Of a DNA stretch of 64,000 nt, positions 50,810-61,398 are shown piece after piece (the stretch's first letter is position 1; each line of letters starts with the position of its first letter). The notes beneath the pieces were generated by a model that saw nothing but the letters and a program-made list of their open reading frames with translations, was not told where the DNA came from and did no database searches. The stretch lies in assembly GCA_000224765.2 (NCBI GenBank), contig AGAU01000064.1:12508-76507 (forward strand), read 5' to 3'. The DNA is from SAR324 cluster bacterium JCVI-SC AAA005. GTDB taxonomy: Bacteria; SAR324; NAC60-12. The position numbers were made by a program, and so were the translations under genes.

Positions 50810-51682
50810 TCAGTTTTCCACATTTTTTCCCCAGTAGAGCTTCCCAATTGCTGAAACATCAGCATTGACTCCAACGCCGCCGTGCTTTCCATCTGCCCCG
50901 AAAGATAGGATAACGTAGCGACTTCCATCACTTGAGTAATTGTAAGGATTCCCCCAGCCATCCGCGGGAATTTGTTGACTTCGAAAATAAGGCCCTTTCC
51001 AGTTCTCAACGTTGCTACCAAAAATTGGTTGCTGCAGGAGTGCACTCAAAGTTTGCTCCGTTGTTGGGAACCGGCTGTTGTGTGCTTCATATAAACTTAG
51101 GGCTGTTTCCAAATCTCTAAGTTGAGTTTTGGTAATTTGTATGGACTCAAACTGCACCTCGGGGCTCTCCCCCTCATTCTTAATCAGAGAAAACGCCTTT
51201 GAGGAACCTGCTAGATCAAAGACAGCCACATATTCAATTCCATCAGAATATTGTATCCCTACCGCTAAGGTCATAGAGTCTCTAACTTGTTTGATGAAAT
51301 TAAGATTGGATTCCAGGTTTTCCCCGATGACAAGGAAGGTCAAATTGGCTTTGGTAAAGGCGGTGCCTTTTGTATTTTCGATTTTTCCCTTATCAAAACG
51401 ATATCTTAATAGTTGTTCGAATCCATTCTTGCTAATGAAACGCTTCCAATCCACATAAATATCTCCATTATTCCTGATAATTAAAACGGGTTTTTTAACG
51501 GAGGTGTCTGGACCATCTTTAGCGGCCTTACTCACTGTTGAGATTTTTTCATCAGTAAATGGGTCTAGTCGCACACTGTGTTCCCAACCATTAGCCTGAT
51601 AATCGTTGACCTGAATTGAGTGGATTTGCCCAAAAGTTGGAAGGGGTAGAAGTACTAGGGCTAGTAGCAGAGAGAATTTCAT
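50810..51682 (-). CDS. Secreted fusion: VasI/TagO-like N-domain plus GspG pseudopilin globular domain
   Basis: Sec signal; DPFTDEK...YRFD...FDLAG; then ALSLY..HN.RFPTTEQ.L.AL, WKGPY, DGWGNPY and SFGADGKHGG.GVNADV. Confidence 0.75.
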   Translation of the reverse strand: MKFSLLLALVLLPLPTFGQIHSIQVNDYQANGWEHSVRLDPFTDEKISTVSKAAKDGPDTSVKKPVLIIRNNGDIYVDWKRFISKNGFEQLLRYRFDKGKIENTKGTAFTKANLTFLVIGENLESNLNFIKQVRDSMTLAVGIQYSDGIEYVAVFDLAGSSKAFSLIKNEGESPEVQFESIQITKTQLRDLETALSLYEAHNSRFPTTEQTLSALLQQPIFGSNVENWKGPYFRSQQIPADGWGNPYNYSSDGSRYVILSFGADGKHGGVGVNADVSAIGKLYWGKNVEN

Positions 51683-52153
51683 AGTTTGGTTTCTTTTTTC
51701 AAATATCGGTCACTTTCTTTATCAGTTGACGAAAGTTGGAAGGATATGACGCACTTCTAAAGAAAAATCGGAAAAAGAGTTTGAATGATTGTAGAGCTTG
51801 TAGATAATCGATGCCATTAACAAAAGCCAGCTGTCAGTATTGAGGTAAAATCACACTCGAAGAAGAAAACTGGAAAAGAAGAGGTTGTTAGATTTGAAAT
51901 CGATGAACAGCGGGAGAAATGTACGGCTTATAAAAAAGTCTATTGGTGAGATTTAATAAGTAGTTATTCAGATCATTACTGTGGAAAATGTAGATTCCAT
52001 CAATGTGTATTCAATCCAAATGTTAATTTGAATTTTAGGGAAAAAGAAAATTGCTGTAATCGTTGTTGTTTTTATTTACATTTTTATCCACTGTTACTGT
52101 TTATGCCAAAAATATTATAGATTTCTAAATTCGCTATATTAATTTTAAAAAAT

Positions 52154-53155
52154 TCAAAAATCACAACCCAGATGATAAAGGCAATCTCCCCTCAAAACTC
52201 GCCCAGGGATTCTTTGGCAAACCACAACACCCCCTGCATCAAAATAAACTTTCTCAGGCCGGGAACCCGGAGTCTCTGGGAGATGAACATATCCAGCAAT
52301 GTCTCCTTTTTTGACTTCACTTCCAAGTTCAGCTACTGGTTCGAATAGACCCTCACCATCTGCATAACTAAAGAAAGAGAAGTCTGGCGCATGAAGCATC
52401 CGTGATTTTTTTTCAACTGGAGCCACCCTGCTGTTATGCAGAACCCCAATCTCCGCAAGAAATCGACGAGTTCCCTCCTCACAAATTTTCAAACATTCAG
52501 CTGTTATGGTCCCACTTCCTCCCATTTCAGTGCCAAACATCAATACGTTTTGGCGCCGGGCAGCATGATTGCCTGAGGAACCAGCTGCATGGCCGCCAGG
52601 AAAGAAAAAGGAATAAGGTGCCCCAAATGCTTCCATTAGTCTTTGAATTTCCTTTAACCGTTCTGCATCAGTCTCCAAGGCTGCAACCGCACTGGGAATA
52701 TAATGCAATGAGGATCCTCCACTGTGAAGATCCAGTCCATAGTCTGCCATTGGCATCAGGACTGATTCCACATAATGTGCAATCACAAGAGTTGGAGACC
52801 CTTCAGGGTCTCCTGGATAAACGCGATTCAGGTTTAGATCATCAATTGGTGAGGTTCGTAGTCCCGCTTTGCCTGCTGGAAAATTAAGCATCGGCAAGAT
52901 GATTATTCTGCCGATGATATCTTTGGGTTCCAATTCGTAAATCAATTTTGAAAGAGTTACTTGCCCTTCGTATTCATCGCCATGTGTGCCAGCGAGAAGT
53001 AGTGCGGTTGGCCCTTCTCCATTTCTGATACATGCTACTGGAAACGGAATCCAGCCGTAGGCAGATCGATGCACGGAATGAGGAAGTCTGAGATAACCGG
53101 TTTGTTTACCTTCTTTTTCAAAATCGATGGTTGTCATAATTGGGCTGGAGGTCAT
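52154..53155 (-). CDS. Succinylglutamate desuccinylase/aspartoacylase family deacylase (DoeB-like)
   Basis: GTHGDEYEG, NLNRVYPG, DLHSGG and TEMGG. Confidence 0.85.
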   Translation of the reverse strand: MTSSPIMTTIDFEKEGKQTGYLRLPHSVHRSAYGWIPFPVACIRNGEGPTALLLAGTHGDEYEGQVTLSKLIYELEPKDIIGRIIILPMLNFPAGKAGLRTSPIDDLNLNRVYPGDPEGSPTLVIAHYVESVLMPMADYGLDLHSGGSSLHYIPSAVAALETDAERLKEIQRLMEAFGAPYSFFFPGGHAAGSSGNHAARRQNVLMFGTEMGGSGTITAECLKICEEGTRRFLAEIGVLHNSRVAPVEKKSRMLHAPDFSFFSYADGEGLFEPVAELGSEVKKGDIAGYVHLPETPGSRPEKVYFDAGGVVVCQRIPGRVLRGDCLYHLGCDF

Positions 53156-53392
53156 ATTTTTCTTCTCCTATGTTTCTATTTAGATTTTCAAGCAAAAAAT
53201 TGAAAATAATGAAGTCAGACAGGTTTTCTAAATGATTTGAAAAGTAGCACTTATTTAAGGTTCAGAATGAAGCAATTAAATATACACACAAACTGATTTC
53301 TTCATAGTTTGAATTTAAAAAATTTTGGCCTTGACGAACGACAAGCCATACGTTTCATGATTCGAAATGGACATTATAATCACTAGTAGCAA

Positions 53393-53755
53393 TCAACAAT
53401 CTTTGACGGCGATAGACCCAAAGGGAAGAATAGTATTACAGAATTTAGCTCCCATGAGATTGGTATTTGTCAGATCTGCCCCAAATAAATCAGCCCGAAA
53501 TAGCATGGCACCACTTAGGTCAGCTCCGCTCAAGTTTGCTCTTCTCAAATTGGCAAGGTGTAAAATAGCGCCACTAAGATCAGTTTCTTGAAGATCAGTC
53601 TCATAAAAATTAGCGCCACTAAGATCACACTTGGGACAATTTTTTGAATTCTGAAGTTTCCCCAAATCTTCTGGGTTATAACCAAAAATCTGACCGGTTA
53701 AGCACAAGAACAAGAGTAACATAAAATTTATTTTTTTCATAAAAACAATATCCAA
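53393..53755 (-). CDS. Exported pentapeptide repeat protein (short)
   Basis: Signal-like N-terminus (probable start MKKINF); CPKCDLS; ANL/ADL repeats; FCNT..P.G.....C. Confidence 0.85.
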   Translation of the reverse strand: MDIVFMKKINFMLLLFLCLTGQIFGYNPEDLGKLQNSKNCPKCDLSGANFYETDLQETDLSGAILHLANLRRANLSGADLSGAMLFRADLFGADLTNTNLMGAKFCNTILPFGSIAVKDC

Positions 53756-53973
53756 TTCTAAATTGTTACCTGTTCGGTAAAACTACCAAAAATGTGAATT
53801 CTAAAAAAATCATTATCTATAAAATTTGCTATGATAAAAGAGTTATTAATAATTTAATCAAAATAAAATTTAGAGTTCTATTGAATTATCTCTGTTCCAA
53901 TTAATTTAATCATTTTGAATCTATTTTGAAAAAGTATAGAAATCAAGTAATTAACTACCAAAAAAATTAAATT

Positions 53974-54303
53974 TTATCCACCGATTTTTTTGAATGCAAT
54001 CTTTTTAGATCCTAGAAAATTTGCTACTTGTTCATATTTCTCACCATGAATTTCAATAAAGTCATTTTTGTAAGTACCGCCAACACCAGTTTTTCTCTTC
54101 AAATCTCTAGCAAGTTCCTTGCACCAGCTTTTATTACTTGGAAGTCCTTTAATTTCAATTACAGTTCTTCCTTTGCCCGAAGTCAATCGCCGAACTAAAA
54201 GCTTTAGCGAAGACTCATCAACCTCATAAACATTTTTTGAAATTTTAGTTTTATGCTTTCTTAGATCACCAAATTCACTTGAATAAACTAAATCATCACT
54301 CAC
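53974..54303 (-). CDS. yciH: SUI1/YciH family translation factor
   Basis: LVYSSE, GKGRTV..I.G, LK...GVGGT.K, IEIHG and C-terminal GG. Confidence 0.85.
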   Translation of the reverse strand: MSDDLVYSSEFGDLRKHKTKISKNVYEVDESSLKLLVRRLTSGKGRTVIEIKGLPSNKSWCKELARDLKRKTGVGGTYKNDFIEIHGEKYEQVANFLGSKKIAFKKIGG

Positions 54304-55101
54304 GATTTCCCTTTCATATTTAAAATATGAAAAAGGTGTGGCCGGTCAACTCTTGAAATAGATCCAAGTAATACAAGATTTGATGCCATATGCAAAGTAT
54401 TAGGTAAACAAAGATCTGATATTCCGCAGAAACTGCAGCTATTGTGAATCTCTTTGAACCAATGGTCCCAAATTAAGAAATTTCAACAAGTCTATGCCTA
54501 AAAAGCAGAGCTCAGGCTAATTTTTTTGGATTCGAATGATATTATTAACTTTATATATCCCCAAAATCAAGAAAATGGCTTTGTGATTTTGGCATTGGCA
54601 AATTACTGTTAAAATAAATTTTAAATTTGAATTGAGGCTGGCCAGAAGTTATAGGCTAGCCAAACAATGCACACCGATGATTAAAAATCCAATGATATAT
54701 TCTAACTTTATGTTGGATGATTTAAGCATGACTTATTTCCTTGAGGGTTTTCTATGAGCTTAAGAACTATGTACTAGATCAATGATTCTCCACTTCAGTT
54801 AGACTATATTCTCAGATCGGGCATTTGGGGAGGAAGTCTGGGGGAGAAACAAGACAGGTTTATGCTGAAATCTTAAATTATCGGATTACGTACCCAAAAT
54901 GATTGAAAATATCATCCCAGACAAATAATGGGTTTAAGGACAGATCAGAAGGTTACAGGACGTCAAATTTTCACCAACTAATTGGAAATGGTTTTGAAAA
55001 GTTGTCTCAATCTAACACTAGATCTTAATTTTCAAAAAAATATGCCCTCCTGATATTTGTTTTGCTTGCTTGCCATCTACCTGACAGTGATTATGTCTAG
55101 A

Positions 55102-56115
55102 CTAATCAGGTTTGGACACTCTAACTGTTGGATCGAAAATCCGATCCCAGACTGAGTACAATCCACCGACATCAAACCTCTGTTGAATTTGTTGAAAACT
55201 TCCAATATTTATTTGGTTGTTGATTTGACGACCGACTTCGAAATTGAATACATAAGCCCCCTCAACGCCCATCCGAAGATCAGAAATGATGATCTTGTCA
55301 TCTGATTGCCTTACCTTATATTGACCTTTGGTAAACCAGGTGAGGCGCTCAATTTTTGGGTGGTCTATAATGGTAGTAAGTAATTCTTTGTTCTGAGGAA
55401 ACCCACGGACCTGAATCTGATCCAAATTATCAAAAATAGATGCCCAGATTTCGAAGTATTGGTCATCTTTCACTGCGACTCCTCGCCATAGTAGGGTATT
55501 TAGGGGTGCAGGAGTGGACTCAAAAATTTGAACTGAAATACCACGTTTGGCCAATGCTTTTTGAATCCGATGATCAATTACCCACTTGGCTCCAGTACTC
55601 CATACGAGGTATAGCGTTGAAAGTCCTAACATGATGACATTGAGTGTCAAAGCTCGATCTCGTTCATGTATAAGAAATGAACAGATTACAGCTACAAGTA
55701 GTGGGATAGTGTAGACTGGATCCACTATAAATAAAATTGAGTGTGCAAAGGGGTAATCTGTCAGTGGCCAGAGGATCTGCGTTCCATAAACTGTGAATAA
55801 ATCAGCTAGTGAATGGGTGGTGAAACAAAGGTACACTGCGATATGCCATCGAATCAAAGACGCATCACGACCAAAAGGTAATCGGGATAAAAGCCGGGAG
55901 AAAAGTGGGGTTACTAAAGCTTGCACCAAAAATGAGTGGGAGAATCCCCGGTGGTGGGTCATGTTCTCAATTGGACCACCAAAATCAATAAGTACATCAA
56001 GATCAGGCAAAGTCCCTAAGACCATTCCACAGAGTGTGGCACGTTTTCCAAGGTGTCGACCTAAAACGGCATAGGTGACAGCGCCACCTAAGACAGCTTG
56101 TGTCAAAGAATCCAA
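55102..56115 (-). CDS. Inner-membrane metal-dependent hydrolase (YdjM/YbcI family)
   Basis: DSLTQ..LG, LPDLD, HRGFSHS, H...D.FT.YGT and DLRMG. Confidence 0.87.
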   Translation of the reverse strand: MDSLTQAVLGGAVTYAVLGRHLGKRATLCGMVLGTLPDLDVLIDFGGPIENMTHHRGFSHSFLVQALVTPLFSRLLSRLPFGRDASLIRWHIAVYLCFTTHSLADLFTVYGTQILWPLTDYPFAHSILFIVDPVYTIPLLVAVICSFLIHERDRALTLNVIMLGLSTLYLVWSTGAKWVIDHRIQKALAKRGISVQIFESTPAPLNTLLWRGVAVKDDQYFEIWASIFDNLDQIQVRGFPQNKELLTTIIDHPKIERLTWFTKGQYKVRQSDDKIIISDLRMGVEGAYVFNFEVGRQINNQINIGSFQQIQQRFDVGGLYSVWDRIFDPTVRVSKPD

Positions 56116-57450
56116 AGCATCTCCTGCAAATCAGATTTATTTATTGAGACTGGTTTAAGGGTCATAAGACGGCGCTAAGATATCCAGAATAGTCTTGGCC
56201 GGGTGATTTCGTAAGGCAATAATGGTAAACAGCTTGAAACAAGCTGCGAGGTAACATGAGTTCGATCATTGGCACAAAGAAAATAATTTTATGTTTTTGA
56301 ATCAGCTTAATAATAGCATTCCTTATTCTCATTCCTTCACTTTTAGAGATGCGGTGGTACTCCTTAAAAGCCAATCTTGCCAATGAGTAATTTTCAGAGA
56401 AAGCTCGCCGTTCACTAAATGCTTTGCTGCTTTGAATTTTCAGGCAGTTAAAAGGATTTTTTAAGAGAGGATATGGGGTAGATTTCTTCAATTGTCGAGT
56501 GTGTGGATAAAAATGTTCGACAAAAATATGATTAGATCTAATTTTAAACGATCAATCTGAAATATTGTCAGCCGTCACAGTGACTGCAAGTGTGAAGAGA
56601 AATGGATCAACTCAACAAGTAGGTATGGGAAAAGGGCTAATAAGAGAATGTAATGGGTGTTCCCATGAGACGTTTTATACAGATGTTCTTATTTTTGAAA
56701 TTGTAACCTGAGTTATGACCTCATAATCTTCAGAAAGCTTTGTTTCACGGATTTGATCTACAGACCAATAAAGTCAGTCGGGAAGCTGTTAAACAGTCGG
56801 TTAAATTTAGCTGATTGGTTTGAGAGGGAGCACCAATCTCATAGTAAATAAAAAAACCAGTGATTTGAAAATCAGAAAATAGTCAAAATTTTCGATTACT
56901 TTCTTGAAAGAATTTACCAAATTTCAGTTCATCACTTGTGAAGCATTAAGTTCTCCTACGTTACACTAATGATTGCCCTAATCGAGTTTTGGAAAATACC
57001 TTTCTCAAAAGACCGATACCGAAGTCTGGTCATCTTAAATTTTGCAGAGAGGCTGATCCAAAGTTGGAACATCTCAAGATCGCTACTTTTTTGAGAAAAC
57101 TTCCCTGAATGGAATTTATTAGGAACTACTCGCGAACTTGCATTCATTCACTGAATTGCGTAGCCAGAGTCTTGATTTCTCACTTCGACTTTGATGGCAA
57201 ATCTGAGGTTTCAAACCATTTTTGGTGGTGCCCTCCAAATCTGCTTTCGCTCATGGGTTGGTAGAGAGCATGAAGAAGATCATACAATATTTGTTTGACT
57301 GTATCCTGCCCCCACAATACCAAGGGCGCCAAAAGTATCATATTTTTTATGTTGCTTTAAGCATCAGTTATTTTTATGAAATAATTTTTATAGCTTTTTG
57401 CACTTATACAGACAGGTACCACAACTCAAGAAATAATCACTTCAATGTGA

Positions 57451-57927
57451 TTGAGAAAACAAATGAGAGCACCATATCAAGTTTTGGTTTTTCCATACAA
57501 ACATAAGGATGAAACTGTTCTTTTTCTCTTGTGTTTAAGAAGAGATCTTGGCTTCTGGCAGCCCGTATCAGGTGGTGGGGAAGATACTGAAACTTATTTA
57601 GAAACTGCTAAAAGAGAATTGAGTGAGGAAACAGACCTAGTGGGCAAAAATTGGATGCAACTGGATTCAATGTGTACCCTACCAAGAATATTATTTAATG
57701 ATCACAAGCATTGGAATAACCACCTTTTGGTAGTTCCAGAATATGCTTTCTCCGTGCAAGTCAAAGGGGAACCTACATTATCATCAGAGCATATTGATTA
57801 TTGTTGGTGCAATGCAACCGAAGCACAAAAACTTCTTAAATATGATTCCAACAGAATTGCTCTTTGGGAACTGTGTGAAAGACTGAAATCTCAGGGAAAA
57901 CAGATTCCAAAATTGGAACGGTTTTGA
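57451..57927 (+). CDS. NUDIX hydrolase (NudB-like)
   Basis: WQPVSGGGE..E....AKRELSEET and LSSEH. Confidence 0.85.
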   Translation: MRKQMRAPYQVLVFPYKHKDETVLFLLCLRRDLGFWQPVSGGGEDTETYLETAKRELSEETDLVGKNWMQLDSMCTLPRILFNDHKHWNNHLLVVPEYAFSVQVKGEPTLSSEHIDYCWCNATEAQKLLKYDSNRIALWELCERLKSQGKQIPKLERF

Positions 57928-57984
57928 AACTAGAAAAAATTAACAAATGGCGACTTGCAATTTGGCTTTCTTGAAACAGGAATA

Positions 57985-59499
57985 TCAGAGATGCTCTGGT
58001 TCATCCCCTATTTCCATCATCTTCTCATGAAGTTCAATTTTCATTTTTTTGACAACTTCTTGATACTCAGGTTGTGAATAACAGTTAAACAGCTCCAATG
58101 GATCTTTCTCACAATCAAACAGTTCCCATTCACGGTCTTCTCCACCGTGATTCGTTCCTGGTAAATCATAGCCCTCATTATACCAATAAATCAGCTTGTA
58201 GCGTTGATTACGAATTCCGTAATGAGAATATGCGTTATGATCAGGGTCTCGGTGCATCCAATAGCGATGATATGCTATATTGGACCAATCATCCGGAACT
58301 TCTCCACGGAACAATGGCCGAAGACTACTTCCCTGCATGTAATTTGGAATAGAAAGACCCGCGAAATCAAGAAATGTGGGTGCAAAATCTACATTACAGC
58401 AAACATTTTCAGATACTGACCCCATCGGAATTTCAGCAGGGAAACGCGCAAGAAAAGGCATTTGAAAAGATTCTTCATACATGAACCGTTTGTCATACCA
58501 ACCATGTTCACCAAGAAAAAATCCTTGGTCAGATGTATAAATGACAAGGGTGTTCTCAGCTAGTCCATTATCATCAAGGTAATCCAGAATTTTACCAACG
58601 CTTTCATCGATTGAATGGATAGTACGTAAGTAGCGCTTCAGATAACGCTGATATTTGAAATGACTTAGTTCTTCGCGGCTCTGAAAAGTAAAGACCTCTG
58701 CAGTATCTTTATCAATTAGTCGGAGATTACTGACATCTGAAGGGTTTGGGATTTTTCGATTAATACTGCCAATTCTTGTCCGTTCCCCAACCTCAGAGCC
58801 ACCCTCAGGTTGAACGAGTCCCAAGTCCGAATACTTCATATCATCTTTGATTCTCATTTTGGCTTCTTTAGCAGCCCGAGCACGATTTTTATAGTTGTCA
58901 TCAAAAGTCTCGGGAACCGCTATGTCAGCTTGATAAAGCCCCCTGTTTTTTGGATGGGGTTCCCATTCACGATGGGGAGCTTTGTGAAGGCACATCAAAA
59001 AGAACGGTTTTTCAGTATCTCTTTTCTGGAGCCATTTTAAACTTTTTTCCGAAATGATATCTGTTGCATAACCTGGAATTTCAATGGTCTTGCCCATCTC
59101 AATCATGTAAGGATCAAAATATTCTCCCTGCCCAGGTAACACAGACCAAAAGTCAAATCCAGTAGGTTCGTGTTCTTTTCCCTCACCCAAATGCCACTTC
59201 CCAATGACTGCAGTCTGATAGTTGCCAGTTCTCAAATGTTTTGCAACATTTGGCATTCTATTATTGATAGGTGTTTGCAGTGTGAAGACACAATTTACGT
59301 GGTTATACGTACCCGTAAGTATAGCAGCCCGACTTGGCGTACAAATCGAGTTGGTAACGTAACAGTGGTTCAAGCGAATACCTTCTTCGGCAAGTCGATC
59401 GATATTTGGGGTCTCATTGATTCCAGCCCCATAGCAGCTAATGGCTCTGGCGGCATGATCATCAGCCATAATGAAGATGATATTTGGTTTTGGATTCAT
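57985..59499 (-). CDS. Cys-type formylglycine sulfatase, GlcNAc-6-sulfatase-like
   Basis: CTPSRAAILTG, GKWHLG, HKAPHR and SDQGFFLGEHGWYDKRFMYEES; no signal peptide. Confidence 0.9.
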   Translation of the reverse strand: MNPKPNIIFIMADDHAARAISCYGAGINETPNIDRLAEEGIRLNHCYVTNSICTPSRAAILTGTYNHVNCVFTLQTPINNRMPNVAKHLRTGNYQTAVIGKWHLGEGKEHEPTGFDFWSVLPGQGEYFDPYMIEMGKTIEIPGYATDIISEKSLKWLQKRDTEKPFFLMCLHKAPHREWEPHPKNRGLYQADIAVPETFDDNYKNRARAAKEAKMRIKDDMKYSDLGLVQPEGGSEVGERTRIGSINRKIPNPSDVSNLRLIDKDTAEVFTFQSREELSHFKYQRYLKRYLRTIHSIDESVGKILDYLDDNGLAENTLVIYTSDQGFFLGEHGWYDKRFMYEESFQMPFLARFPAEIPMGSVSENVCCNVDFAPTFLDFAGLSIPNYMQGSSLRPLFRGEVPDDWSNIAYHRYWMHRDPDHNAYSHYGIRNQRYKLIYWYNEGYDLPGTNHGGEDREWELFDCEKDPLELFNCYSQPEYQEVVKKMKIELHEKMMEIGDEPEHL

Positions 59500-59587
59500 T
59501 TTGGAGATTCTCTCTTTGTTTACCTCAATATTTTGGGAGTAGCGAAATAATACTAAGCTCCATTAAAATAAAAAAATGATCAATTAT

Positions 59588-60421
59588 TCACTTTGCTGTA
59601 TGAGCCCGTGTAATATCTGATTCATCGGGTTTGTAGAATGACTCAGAACTAGTACTGAGTCGGAGCCCCATTTGTTTAATCGCTGTGTCGGAGACTTTTT
59701 TCAGCGGGGTATATTGGGGATGATGTGATGAAAAATATGGATCATTCCTGGCTGCGTTATAACAACAGATTAAGTTCCAGCGATTCCTTTCGCTGATGTT
59801 AGCATCCGATCTGTGAAGAGTGTTGCAATGGAAAAAAATTGCGGAGCCTGGGTCTAGTTCGCAGTAAACAAGTTCTAACCTAGCTAGCAACTGTTGAACA
59901 CGTTCAGGGTCAGCACAGTTTTGGGTCGAATAAACACCATGTTCAATACGGCCAGCTTTGTGAGAACCACGTATAACCTGTAGACATCCATTTTCTCTAT
60001 CGGCATGGTTCAAGGCAATCCAGCAACTTGCCATGTGAGGATACAAGCACCCATTTTTATACCAATATCCGTAATCTTGGTGCCATTCCCATGCACCTCC
60101 TTCAGTTGGTTTTTTTAGGATTAGCTTTGAATGGTAGTGATAAACCTCACCGTCAAGTAGTTTTTCCATTGATCCTACGATACGGTTTGAGCGACTTACC
60201 ATCCCCCAAAGATCATTTCCGGGATGATTCCAAAGTGTCATTTGACTATTTTGTCCTTTTCGATCGCTTACATCAAAAACATTCTCCTTCATCATTGGAT
60301 CAGCATTTGCTGCAGCTAGTAGGAGTTTGGTTTCTTCAGAATCTAGCAGATTTGGAATTATCAAGAAACCATCTTCAAGAAAATCGTCAACTTGTTCAGT
60401 GGAAACTTTAAATTCTTGCAT
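59588..60421 (-). CDS. PhyH-family Fe(II)/2OG dioxygenase (proline 4-hydroxylase/EctD-like)
   Basis: YHSK, WEWHQDYGYW, ENGCL..IRGSH and LHRS..N.S...R. Confidence 0.85.
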   Translation of the reverse strand: MQEFKVSTEQVDDFLEDGFLIIPNLLDSEETKLLLAAANADPMMKENVFDVSDRKGQNSQMTLWNHPGNDLWGMVSRSNRIVGSMEKLLDGEVYHYHSKLILKKPTEGGAWEWHQDYGYWYKNGCLYPHMASCWIALNHADRENGCLQVIRGSHKAGRIEHGVYSTQNCADPERVQQLLARLELVYCELDPGSAIFFHCNTLHRSDANISERNRWNLICCYNAARNDPYFSSHHPQYTPLKKVSDTAIKQMGLRLSTSSESFYKPDESDITRAHTAK

Positions 60422-60967
60422 TATGATCCTAAATTTTTAGAAAATAAAATCAGGTTACGACTCAATATTAAGATATAAATTTTTAGAAAAAATACTATAA
60501 TTTTTTTTAAAGTTAAAAATCATTAGTATAAAATTTTCCTGATTGAACATTGTGTAAATTCTTTTTTTATTGAAGAAAGCAATTCGTTATAATTTTGAGA
60601 ATTAAAAGTTCGCTCGCATCGAATGATTTGTCAATTGGCAGTATAGTGAATCAATTAATTTTGATCCTTATTATTTAACTTTTTTATGACTTATTCACTA
60701 CAAAAATAAGAAAGTTTTTGAGCAGAAAACTAATGGGCAACTCTTGGACTTTGTCCCAAGCGTAGGCCCAGACTGTAACAGTAAAGACCATGAGTAATCT
60801 AAATGGTGTGATTTAATATCTTCTATTTCTAGCGAACTGTTTGAAATTTGAATTTTTTGCGTGAGGATTAATAATCTACAACGCAGAGTCTTGGATTTTT
60901 TTTTGATGCAGTCAACTGGATTTTTGGACATGATTGATAGCGATATTCACTTTCTTTGATCTAAATT

Positions 60968-61398
60968 TTACATAAGTGCCATCAATCTTTCCATAACTGT
61001 AGCCTCTCCAAAAGATTCCCGAATAAAGCCATCATTTGTAAGCCAATCTAATCCATGATCTCCAAAAATTTCCTTTTTTGGTTTAAACTTACGAGAATCC
61101 TCAAATACGCCAATTGGGAGAAGGATAAAGCCCTCAATAGCATCTACAAATCCATGAGTTCTAGTGGCGCAGTTTGAACAAAAATGGAGATGCATAGGCA
61201 TTCCGCTAACCCCCATGAAATCATACAGTTTGTTGACCCTTCAATTTCAATATCATCAGTCGCAAATACTGTGAAGACGTTAGCAGTCCCAAATAGTTTT
61301 CAGCAGCGATTACAGTTGCACTGGTTAACCAGCATCGGATCATACTCAGTGATGAATCTAACTTTACTACAGGGACAACCACCTTGGTGCTTGATCAT
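60968..61398 (-). pseudogene. GFA (Mss4-like Zn) family pseudogene
   Basis: MIKHQGGCPCSKVRF...CNCNRC*KLFG contains an internal TGA, then a frameshift into HFCSNCAT. Confidence 0.75.

Noticed and set aside
50536-51045. 169-aa ORF overlapping the GspG fusion
   Set aside because: Alternative-frame overlap with no motifs; the non-overlapping tail may be a remnant but cannot be supported
50810-51682. Type II or type VI secretion locus
   Set aside because: Only one hybrid gene; no other structural components in the window
56162-57506. Short ORFs 56162..56491, 56956..57147 and 57222..57506
   Set aside because: No recognisable motifs or RBS; probably spurious or decayed sequence
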